From a virus: 64,000 bases of DNA. Numbering within the stretch: position 1 is the first letter of the stretch; each line of letters opens with the position of its first letter. Positions 40,587 through 49,104 of the stretch are shown here, in pieces. The notes beneath the pieces are model-generated. The model made no database searches, was not told the DNA's origin, and was given only the letters and a program-made list of their open reading frames with translations. Made by a program: the position numbers and the translations under genes. The stretch is taken from IMG/VR virus record IMGVR_UViG_3300042691_041718, positions 96,001 through 160,000 of that record. One strand, written 5' to 3'.

Positions 40587-40808
40587 TTAATTTATCTCCG
40601 GTTGAGTAACCTCGAATTCAATTGGTTCTCCTAAGACTTGTTCTAAACCTTCTACATGTTGAATGTAGTAGAACCCATCTAATTCTGAATGGTTGTAGTT
40701 TACCCAATATAAGGTATCACCAGTTGGGTTTGGTAAACCCATATAAGTAGCGGCTTGACTTCTTGCCATAATTGCTTCTTCTTCTGTTGTGTATTTATAT
40801 CCTGTCAT
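40587..40808 (-). CDS. Small array-associated protein, family Y copy 2
   Basis: Paralog of 37150..37371. Confidence 0.75.
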   Translation of the reverse strand: MTGYKYTTEEEAIMARSQAATYMGLPNPTGDTLYWVNYNHSELDGFYYIQHVEGLEQVLGEPIEFEVTQPEIN

Positions 40809-40824
40809 AATTTATTTTATTTTT

Positions 40825-42327
40825 TTAGTAGATTGAGTAGTATGAGTTTATGTTTGATGAGATACCTGTTCGGTTAGATGATTGGTCAACATTATAATAA
40901 GCCACTATTTCTTGTATGTTACCTTTTAATTTAAAGTTTGTACCTATTTCATCAGCACCTATTGATAACGGTTGTGTAAATGTTGGTAGTGATGTGTTAG
41001 TTGTACCATCAAAACTCATAGTTTCTTGTACGTTATTTCTATAACTCTTTATACGTAAAGCACTTGTAACGTTTAATAAATCGGTTTGTTGTTCGTAAAG
41101 ATATTGAGTGTTAATATTATATACACCAAAATCATAAGTTTTACTAGTTGTTACATCTCTCACTGACATAATTGACCTTGCATTACTACGGTACCCAGAA
41201 AAATATACAGACATGTTGAATTGTTTAAAATGTCCTATTACTTGAGATGTTATGTTATTTGTTTCAATACTTGACACATGTGCTACATATACTTTATCAG
41301 TACTAGTAAATGGATAATTACTTGTAACTAAAAAGTCGTTCGAACCATCAAATTTTATTGTTGGTTTACCATTTGTAGTTATTAATGAACCATTACTTAC
41401 TATTTGAGGTTGACTGGCAGATGCTTGTTGGGAAGCGTCATATGTTGATGATTGGTCATACCATATGGATACGAATCCATTACCAGCTGTAGTTGTTGTT
41501 GTAGTTTTTGTATATGGTTGTGTTGTTAATACTGACGTATCGTTTAACGCTTTTTGAAATTGATAACCCCATATGTAAATGTTTGATTGTACGTTACCAG
41601 GGTATAGTGAAGTATTGAGCGTATTTAAATTATTATTAAATCTAATTACACCTACTTGAGAACGGTTTCCAGTTACTGTTACTGTACCCCACACTGAACA
41701 TCTCCACCAACCATTTCCAGCATCAACAATTGATGAACCAAAATTAGCATCATTAGATGCGTTCGAACTATCTAATACAGTACCTGATGATATATTAAAT
41801 AGAACACAAGGAAGTGAAAAAACATTCCCCGTTGGGCTAGGAAATCCCAGAATAATTGTATCAGGTGCCGATGTTCCTGGTCCTTTTTTAACGTATACAC
41901 TCACATTCCAACTTGTTCCAACAGCAAACGATAAAGATGTAGCGTTGTATAATGTGTGATAATTATTAGCTGTGCTTTCTGCTAATAAATCGGCAGTCAT
42001 TGTACCATCAGGTGCCGTTGTTTGATTTGAGGTAATGGTTGTAATATATTTACTCCAATAAACATTATCAAATTCCTCAGAATATAATGCTTGGTTATTT
42101 GCACCGACAAAATTCAACATCGATGTTGTATCTAAATTACCATTTGCATCGAATCCGATGTCTTGGGATGTATTGTCAGACGAACGTCTAACACGAATTG
42201 CACTACCAGCGTATGCGTTTCTTAGTTTACGTAATGAGTAAGCTGCTGCCGCTCCATTATAAGTGTCTAAAAGGTATGATACTGGTTGTAAATTACCTGA
42301 CCTCCATCCAACTTTTGTTTGTGTCAT
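40825..42327 (-). CDS. Modular lectin-like protein, B module with D insert
   Basis: MTQTKVGWR tag; AAAAYSLRKL, APDGTMTAD, GNGWWRCS and WYDQS. Confidence 0.7.
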   Translation of the reverse strand: MTQTKVGWRSGNLQPVSYLLDTYNGAAAAYSLRKLRNAYAGSAIRVRRSSDNTSQDIGFDANGNLDTTSMLNFVGANNQALYSEEFDNVYWSKYITTITSNQTTAPDGTMTADLLAESTANNYHTLYNATSLSFAVGTSWNVSVYVKKGPGTSAPDTIILGFPSPTGNVFSLPCVLFNISSGTVLDSSNASNDANFGSSIVDAGNGWWRCSVWGTVTVTGNRSQVGVIRFNNNLNTLNTSLYPGNVQSNIYIWGYQFQKALNDTSVLTTQPYTKTTTTTTAGNGFVSIWYDQSSTYDASQQASASQPQIVSNGSLITTNGKPTIKFDGSNDFLVTSNYPFTSTDKVYVAHVSSIETNNITSQVIGHFKQFNMSVYFSGYRSNARSIMSVRDVTTSKTYDFGVYNINTQYLYEQQTDLLNVTSALRIKSYRNNVQETMSFDGTTNTSLPTFTQPLSIGADEIGTNFKLKGNIQEIVAYYNVDQSSNRTGISSNINSYYSIY

Positions 42328-42348
42328 TATTTTTTATTTATTTTTTAG

Positions 42349-42380
42349 AAAAGAGTGTTCCTATTATGAAACACTCTTTT
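42349..42380 (-). terminator. Hairpin at the upstream boundary of the array
   Basis: aaaagagtgtt...aacactctttt. Confidence 0.75.
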
Positions 42381-42391
42381 ATTTTTTATTT

Positions 42392-44983
42392 TTAAATTAA
42401 TCCATAAACACCATAAGCTCTAACTTTTGATCCATTATCTGGAGCAATTTCAAAAGTTACGGATTCTACTTTGTTATCGATATCAAAGTTAGGAGTATAA
42501 TCTCCACTATCTTGTAATAGACCGTTAACATAGATTAACTCAGATCCACTTCTAACTGGAACACTCAATGTAAATGTTGTAATAATACCATTAGCAGATT
42601 CAACAATACTTACGTGTTTAGCATATATAGTTTCTAAGTCGTAAGCAATAGAAGCTTCTGCAGACTCAGCTCTTGAAATTTCTGAATCTAAGTTATCAAC
42701 AACCTCAGCAAATGAGTCAATTGAAGTTAAGTCAGTGTTAGCAATAATGTAAGATACCTCAGTCGATAATACCGTAGCAATAGATCCCTCAGCAGCAGTA
42801 GCTCTCGAAATCTCAGCAGATAATGCACTATCTAGGGAATTATCAGCAGAAACTCTATTAGAAACTTCAGAAGATAAATCAGCACCTAATAAATTAGATA
42901 AAGATAACTCAGCTGATGTTGCTCTTGAAATTTCCGAAGAAAGACCAGTAGCAATTGAGTTATCAGCAGCTAATCTAATAGAAGCCTCAGCTGTATCAGC
43001 AGATGTTCTAGCAACTAATTCAGAAGAAAGATCAGCAGCTATTGATACATCACCAAGAACTCTTAAAGAAGCCTCTGTTGAAACCGCATCTGCTCTGTTA
43101 ACTAATTCGGAAGAAAGATCAGCAGCTATTGAATTGTCAGCAGAAATTCTATTTGATAATTCAGTGGATAATGCAGCATCGTTTGATAATACATAAGATG
43201 CAAATGCTTGATCATTGGTTGTATCAACAGAGTTAATTAATGAAACAATTTCAGCAAATGAGTCTTTATCAGCATCTGAAGCTAATAAAATAGCATCAAT
43301 TCGATCTTTTTCTATAGAAAGCTTAGTATCTAAAGAGGCATCACCAGCAACTCTTAAAGAGGTTTCAGTAGAAACCGCAGATGCTCTAGCAACTAATTCA
43401 GAAGAAAGACCAGCAGCTATTGAATTATCAGCAGAAGCTCTAGCAACTAATTCAGAAGAAAGACCAGCAGCTATTGAATTATCAGCAACTAATCTTGTAG
43501 AAGCCTCAGTAGAAATTTGAGCACTTGTATAAGCCTTAGTAACTAAAGATAAATCACCAAATCCAGCTAATGAAGCTGGTTGAGCAGCAACGTTAATTAA
43601 ACCAGAGAAAGTACGAGTGCCACTTGCAGGCGCACCAACCGATTCCATCAATCTAACTGTGTTAGTAGTAGCATCAACCTCAATTGTAGAACCATCAGTC
43701 ATTGGAAAAGAGTTTATAACAGAAGCATCAGCAGAAATTCTAGCAACTAATTCAGCAGATAAGTTAGCAGCAATTGAAGCATCAGCAGAAGCTCTAGCAA
43801 CTAATTCAGAAGAAAGACCAGCAGCAATTGAGTTATCAGCAGAAGCTCTAGCAACTAATTCAGAAGAAAGACCAGCAGCTATTGAATTATCAGCAGCTAA
43901 TCTAATAGAAGCCTCAGCTGTATCAGCAGAAGCTCTAGCAACTAATTCAGAAGAAAGACCAGCAGCTATTGAATTATCAGCAGCTAATCTAATAGAAGCC
44001 TCAGCAGATAAATCGGATGAGTTATTAACATTTAAATTACTAATTAAAGTAGCTAAAGATGAATCACCAGCAACTCTATTAGACAACTCAGTTGATAAAT
44101 TTAAAGTTAACGAAAGCTCAGAGGATTCAGCTCTTGCTTGCTCAGCATCAACATCAGAAATACGAGCTTCAACTTCAGAAGAAAGATCTAAAGCAATAGA
44201 AGTATCTCCGGAAATCCTAGCTACGATTTCAGATGAGATAGCAGCAGCTCTATCAACTAATTCAGTTGATAAGTTAGCAGCTATTGAATCATCTGCAGCT
44301 AATCTTGTAGAAGCCTCAGCAGCGATTGCATTACTAGCTGATCCAGATAATAATGTGATGGCATTATTCATATCACTATCAGCATTTTGGAATGCAGTAA
44401 CGATTTCAGTTAAAGAGTCAATAGCTGAAGGATCTGTATTAGAAATAACAAAATCAACTTTTGTATTCAATGAAGCTTCTGCTTCAATTGCTCTAGATGC
44501 TTCTGAACTTAAATCTGTTGCTAATGATAATTCAGCAGCTTCGGCTCTTGATTGTTCAGCATCAACATCAGCTAATCTAGCTGAAGATTCGATCGAAATG
44601 TTGTTTTGTAAAGATTGTTCAGCAACGATTCTAGTAGAAATCTCAGCAGACATAGCAGCAGTTACAGATAAATCCGCAATATCTCTATAATTTGCTTCAT
44701 CAGCTAATGCGTTTTCTAAAGATAAATCACCAACAACTCTTAAAGATGCTTCAGAAGAAACAGCAGCAGTTCTTAAAGATTCCTCATTTGATAATGCAGT
44801 TTGTAAAGATAAATCACTGGAAACTCTTAAAGAAGCTTCAACACTCTCTTTAGTATCGATAGATGCGATAGTTGAAACCAATCCATTAATATCATCAATA
44901 ACGATACCAACAGGAGCGGTAATCTGTGCGTTGTCCAATATTAAATCGGACTGTCTATTTAATACAATTTTTGTACTTGACAT
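42392..44983 (-). CDS. Long repetitive coiled-coil fiber or shaft protein (863 aa) with a C-terminal beta domain
   Basis: Repeats of AEASIRLAADN-SIAAGLS-SELVARASADN; C-terminal TFTL...SELIYVNGLLQDSGDY...VTFEIAP. Confidence 0.7.
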   Translation of the reverse strand: MSSTKIVLNRQSDLILDNAQITAPVGIVIDDINGLVSTIASIDTKESVEASLRVSSDLSLQTALSNEESLRTAAVSSEASLRVVGDLSLENALADEANYRDIADLSVTAAMSAEISTRIVAEQSLQNNISIESSARLADVDAEQSRAEAAELSLATDLSSEASRAIEAEASLNTKVDFVISNTDPSAIDSLTEIVTAFQNADSDMNNAITLLSGSASNAIAAEASTRLAADDSIAANLSTELVDRAAAISSEIVARISGDTSIALDLSSEVEARISDVDAEQARAESSELSLTLNLSTELSNRVAGDSSLATLISNLNVNNSSDLSAEASIRLAADNSIAAGLSSELVARASADTAEASIRLAADNSIAAGLSSELVARASADNSIAAGLSSELVARASADASIAANLSAELVARISADASVINSFPMTDGSTIEVDATTNTVRLMESVGAPASGTRTFSGLINVAAQPASLAGFGDLSLVTKAYTSAQISTEASTRLVADNSIAAGLSSELVARASADNSIAAGLSSELVARASAVSTETSLRVAGDASLDTKLSIEKDRIDAILLASDADKDSFAEIVSLINSVDTTNDQAFASYVLSNDAALSTELSNRISADNSIAADLSSELVNRADAVSTEASLRVLGDVSIAADLSSELVARTSADTAEASIRLAADNSIATGLSSEISRATSAELSLSNLLGADLSSEVSNRVSADNSLDSALSAEISRATAAEGSIATVLSTEVSYIIANTDLTSIDSFAEVVDNLDSEISRAESAEASIAYDLETIYAKHVSIVESANGIITTFTLSVPVRSGSELIYVNGLLQDSGDYTPNFDIDNKVESVTFEIAPDNGSKVRAYGVYGLI
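43383..43487. repeat. 54-bp tandem repeat unit, recurring at about 43785-44000
   Basis: gctctagcaactaattcagaagaaagaccagcagctattgaattatcagcagaa is repeated. Confidence 0.85.
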
Positions 44984-45166
44984 AAAAAAAATTATTTGTT
45001 ATTTGACAGTGTGTCGTCAATATTTTTTTCTGCTAAATACAAATATAAATTTTAATAGTTTTTTGTGGATTTTATATTATCCACGATTTTTAATATAAAT
45101 ATTTTATATGTTATATATTTAATAAAAATACTGTTTTTTTTTCAAACCCCTTTTTTTATTGAAAAA

Positions 45167-45397
45167 TTACATATTGTATAATAAATTTTTTATATTTTTT
45201 ATAGAATTTGAATAATTTAATGGATCACAAGAACCATTTTCAGTTAAATACTCATTCACAACATCCATTAGATCAGGAGTTTGAATAAATATAAAGTTTG
45301 ATTTGGATTTTACTTTTTCAACTATAAATTTGAATCCTTTTATTTTTAAATATGCTGTTAAATATAAATCCGATGTTGTGTATTTTTTTTCGTCCAT
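45167..45397 (-). CDS. Small protein resembling DUF5659
   Basis: YTTSDLYLTAYLKIKGF...FIF motif. Family recalled from memory. Confidence 0.5.
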   Translation of the reverse strand: MDEKKYTTSDLYLTAYLKIKGFKFIVEKVKSKSNFIFIQTPDLMDVVNEYLTENGSCDPLNYSNSIKNIKNLLYNM

Positions 45398-45477
45398 TTT
45401 AATATTTTTTTTATTTATATCTTATATATTTATTTTTTTATTCAATAAATTGTATATTTCTATATTTTTTAATTTTT

Positions 45478-46044
45478 TTAAAAGTTTTTTTCAACACTCA
45501 TATAACTACATCTAATTTTAGATTCGGGTAGTGGAGCTTCATCAAAAACAATTTGGTTACCAGTTATTATATAATCACCTTCATCTTGTAATAATCCATT
45601 TAAATATAGATGATCACTTCCTATTATGGGGTTATATAAAAGAGTAAATACTCTATTAAAACCATCTATATCACCAATTGGAACCTCTTTATTTATTACT
45701 GTTGATTCTATCTGTTTAATAATTCTATCAGCTGTCCAAATATCTTTATTTGTTAACCCAAAATCATTTATTTTATAACCAGATGATATAACAGATTCGG
45801 AATTAGTAGTTAATAACTCACCTTCTATAAAATTAGAATTGTTTAAACCACCTCTTTCCATTGGTAGTTGACCTTGCCAACCAACAACAAAGGAATGTGT
45901 TGATGAGTTAGTAGATGTGACAATATCAAGTAAAATGTTAGAATCACTACTTGGAATAAGATATTGAGTGGATCCTGGTGACCCATTAATACTCCTTAAA
46001 ACCGTATTACTTACAATTTGTTTACCATGAATTCTTCCCTCCAT
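45478..46044 (-). CDS. Structural protein sharing its C-terminal beta domain with 42392..44983
   Basis: FTL...SDHLYLNGLLQDEGDY...IVFDEAP. Confidence 0.65.
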   Translation of the reverse strand: MEGRIHGKQIVSNTVLRSINGSPGSTQYLIPSSDSNILLDIVTSTNSSTHSFVVGWQGQLPMERGGLNNSNFIEGELLTTNSESVISSGYKINDFGLTNKDIWTADRIIKQIESTVINKEVPIGDIDGFNRVFTLLYNPIIGSDHLYLNGLLQDEGDYIITGNQIVFDEAPLPESKIRCSYMSVEKNF

Positions 46045-46158
46045 TATAATTAATAATAATTAATTTATGTATATATATTATTAATTAATTTCTTTTTTAA
46101 TTAAACATAAAAAAAGATAAAAAAAATTAATATATACTAGATAAATTAATTCACAAAA

Positions 46159-46971
46159 ATGAAGAATATTGGTAGATATGATATAGAAACTTATAATGTT
46201 ACAGTGAATGGTATTACTGAAACAAGAAAAAAAATACTTTATTATAACAATAATAATGAAGATTTCTTTGTAGAAAGATATTATGGTATAATACGTGATG
46301 GATACGAGCAAACCGAAATAATATTTAAAAATCTAAGATGGTTTGATATAAAAACAAATATTGTTGGTAAATCATTTTATATCAGTGATAGAGGAACACC
46401 ACCAATTCCATATGTTTATTTTACAATTGCTGATATTGACTCTATACAAAGAGAAACCTCAACAAAATTAAAGGTAATAGATACTACAAATAATCCGATT
46501 GCTTTAGTATTTGAAACAGAATTTGATTGTAATCAGGCTTACTCCTTAATAATTCTCCTATTGGATGATCCAAATGCTGATACTAATAATGTAACAGTCG
46601 ATTCATCCGGTCCAATTATACATTTTAATAGTAATTTTTATAATGTTGATGTTTTGGATAATAATTTTCAAACCGGTACATTTTCATCAGATGCAACAAC
46701 ATCATTAATCTTAAATATAAATACTCATAGTTTTACAGGAACTTTACCAATTTCTAAAGGTGATATAAGAACTCATTTAGTAAAGGGAGTTACTGATAAT
46801 AGAGATATTAGTATAAATATGATGGATAATGATATAACTATTAATGCCGGGTCTATTACCGGAACTGAAGTAAGTAATATCTCAACAACTGGTTTGTTTT
46901 TTATCAAATTTGAAATATCTGATCTAGTTAAAAATAAAACGGTATTTACTGTTTTAGCAAACTTAACTTAA
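46159..46971 (+). CDS. Paralog of the C-terminal part of 3438..4580
   Basis: FETEFDCNQAYSL, PIIHFNS and TDNRD. Confidence 0.65.
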   Translation: MKNIGRYDIETYNVTVNGITETRKKILYYNNNNEDFFVERYYGIIRDGYEQTEIIFKNLRWFDIKTNIVGKSFYISDRGTPPIPYVYFTIADIDSIQRETSTKLKVIDTTNNPIALVFETEFDCNQAYSLIILLLDDPNADTNNVTVDSSGPIIHFNSNFYNVDVLDNNFQTGTFSSDATTSLILNINTHSFTGTLPISKGDIRTHLVKGVTDNRDISINMMDNDITINAGSITGTEVSNISTTGLFFIKFEISDLVKNKTVFTVLANLT

Positions 46972-46985
46972 ATAATATATAATAA

Positions 46986-47915
46986 ATGAGTAATTATAGT
47001 TTAAATAAATTTGTTAGGGAAGCAAAACCAACAGATAATTTAGTAACAATATATAATATCAATGGTTTACCAACCTATACAGTTAACCCACTTTCTATAA
47101 CTAGGGTTTTAGTTCAAAATAATTTAGTTGTTTTAACTACAAACAAAAACGTAGTTATAAATCTCGACTTTACTGATAATAATGAAGCTAGATTAGCACT
47201 TGTTGAATTACAAAGACAATTCGATATAATCAGAAAAAGAATCACAACACAAGCTCAAGCTCAGGCTCAAGCAGTTGAAATAGTACAATCTGGTACCGAC
47301 TTTACCCAAATTTATAATCAAATTATTTATGGTACACAAAGTGGTGGTACACAAAGTGGTGGTACACAAAGTAGTATTGAGAGTAGAATAGTTGACTTGG
47401 TTAAAATGATCAGTCAAAGTATGAATACCCTACAACAAAATATCGGTATTACAGATGCTGGTCCCGATTTTATAAGTATGTATGATATAAAGAAATTAGA
47501 ATATAATCCAATTCTATCAACATACTCAACAACTGATAGTTTAACACAAAGAATAAAAACACTTACAGAACATATAGCTCAGGATATTTACACATTAAAT
47601 CAAAAACAAGAAAAAATTTCAAATTCATTTAACCCAGTAAACACTTTTAGTGGCAATGAACCTGTTGATATATTAAACTTAACTTTTAATGAATTGAGTG
47701 AAGGACCTGTAACAATTTTAATAAATGGAATTTATTTAAAACCGAGTAATTCAATTCAGAATATCGCATTTTTTTCAAATGATGGTATGCAAACAGCTAC
47801 TGATTATATACAAGAGGGATCTATACTCTATATAAATCCAAATAAATTAGGATATGATATTGATGAGAATGATACAATTACAATAGAATATTTAACTAGA
47901 AATATTCTATTTTAA
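46986..47915 (+). CDS. Protein whose N-terminal domain is paralogous to 4598..5593
   Basis: YSLNKFVR...TYTVNP.SI..V.VQNNLV...F...NEA..AL; triple GTQS repeat at about 47331-47375. Confidence 0.65.
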   Translation: MSNYSLNKFVREAKPTDNLVTIYNINGLPTYTVNPLSITRVLVQNNLVVLTTNKNVVINLDFTDNNEARLALVELQRQFDIIRKRITTQAQAQAQAVEIVQSGTDFTQIYNQIIYGTQSGGTQSGGTQSSIESRIVDLVKMISQSMNTLQQNIGITDAGPDFISMYDIKKLEYNPILSTYSTTDSLTQRIKTLTEHIAQDIYTLNQKQEKISNSFNPVNTFSGNEPVDILNLTFNELSEGPVTILINGIYLKPSNSIQNIAFFSNDGMQTATDYIQEGSILYINPNKLGYDIDENDTITIEYLTRNILF

Positions 47916-48634
47916 TAATTCATTATTATAAATTCAGTACCCATAATTGTCATCTTTTTCTCAATTCTAAAGTTATTATATAAATTCTCCAAATCATCAA
48001 ATTGCCAATAACTTAAAACAAATCTACCTTTAATAGATTTTAATATATCAGATAACTCTTTATGAGATTCTTTATTAAAATTATGATTTATGTAGTAATT
48101 CTCTTTACCCATATAAGGTGGATCAATATAAAAAAATGTTGATTCTGAATCATATTCGGTAAAAATCTTTTTATAATCCCAGTTATGTATTTTAGTTATT
48201 TTATCTAAAAGTGGTTTATAAGCCCTAAGTTTTAATTTGAATATCTCAAACTCACTATCACCTAACCAAGAATTTTTACCTATTTTATTTGTTGATGAAC
48301 AAGTTAAAATTATTAACCACTGAATTGCCTTTTGTAATTCATCACCATCATTAAGTTTATTTAAAACATCAGAATAGTAGTTTTGATCTACTTTGATATT
48401 TTTTATTTCCGAAATAAAATCTTTGTTAAATTTTAGTTGATTAAATAAATTATAATTCAAATAATTAATATCATTATAGATATAATCAACACCCTTAAAC
48501 TTACTAAAGTTTAAAGAAAAGAAAACACCCATTGCCCCACCAAAAGGCTCAATATATGTTTTTATATCGGTTGGTATATTTGGTGTTATAAAATTTGATA
48601 ACCTACTTTTTTCACCTAAATACGGTATTAACAT
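47912..48634 (-). CDS. Dam/D12-class DNA adenine methyltransferase
   Basis: PYLGEKS, YIEPFGGA (motif I) and FFYIDPPY (motif IV). Confidence 0.88.
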   Translation of the reverse strand: MLIPYLGEKSRLSNFITPNIPTDIKTYIEPFGGAMGVFFSLNFSKFKGVDYIYNDINYLNYNLFNQLKFNKDFISEIKNIKVDQNYYSDVLNKLNDGDELQKAIQWLIILTCSSTNKIGKNSWLGDSEFEIFKLKLRAYKPLLDKITKIHNWDYKKIFTEYDSESTFFYIDPPYMGKENYYINHNFNKESHKELSDILKSIKGRFVLSYWQFDDLENLYNNFRIEKKMTIMGTEFIIMNY

Positions 48635-49104
48635 TAATCAGTTCTATATTTTATACTATATATTGTATATGACTTTATATATTCAATTTGACTATCGTTC
48701 AATACTTCATTAAACTTTGGCATAATCATTGATTTTGGCATCCATTTATTAAATAATACTTCAGTATGTTTATATTTTTTTGATAAATCACTTATATCTT
48801 TAACACTTTCATTAAAGTATTTAAAAGAAATACTATCATTTAATTTTGGACCAGCAAAATCTTTATCAAAAGAGTGACAACTAGCACAGTATCTAGAGAA
48901 TAAAACTTTACCAGAATCAATATATTCTGGTAAAATATTTATCTCAGATAAAGTATCATCTTTATCTCTATAATCAGAAATATTTCCAGTTGTTGGTTTA
49001 TTATAACTATTAATTTTTGGCTCAAGATAAGTTCTACAAAATGTGTGTATTAAAAACCAAATACCAAATATAACCAAAAACTCATATATTATTAGTTTTT
49101 TCAT
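48634..49104 (-). CDS. Membrane-anchored monoheme c-type cytochrome
   Basis: N-terminal hydrophobic helix; GKVLFSRYCASCH (CxxCH); AGP.L; distal MP(K)F. Confidence 0.8.
   Translation of the reverse strand: MKKLIIYEFLVIFGIWFLIHTFCRTYLEPKINSYNKPTTGNISDYRDKDDTLSEINILPEYIDSGKVLFSRYCASCHSFDKDFAGPKLNDSISFKYFNESVKDISDLSKKYKHTEVLFNKWMPKSMIMPKFNEVLNDSQIEYIKSYTIYSIKYRTD

Noticed and set aside
29535-42327. Diversity-generating retroelement (TR/VR) acting on the adhesin array
   Set aside because: There is no reverse transcriptase in the window. The near-identical segments (for example about 32500-32560 vs 34960-35020) are coding paralogs differing mainly at synonymous positions, not by adenine-specific changes.
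29499-42380. CRISPR array or integron attC sites
   Set aside because: The hairpins are only 22-32 bp, separated by whole genes, and shaped like terminators. No cas or integrase gene is present.
43215-44690. Long plus-strand ORFs (101 aa and 357 aa)
   Set aside because: They are antisense shadows of the repetitive GCT/TCT-rich coiled-coil gene.
44984-45477. ncRNA or tRNA in the longest intergenic stretches
   Set aside because: Only AT-rich sequence and a short ttgac..gtcaa hairpin (about 45003-45020) are present. No tRNA arms or extended structure are visible.
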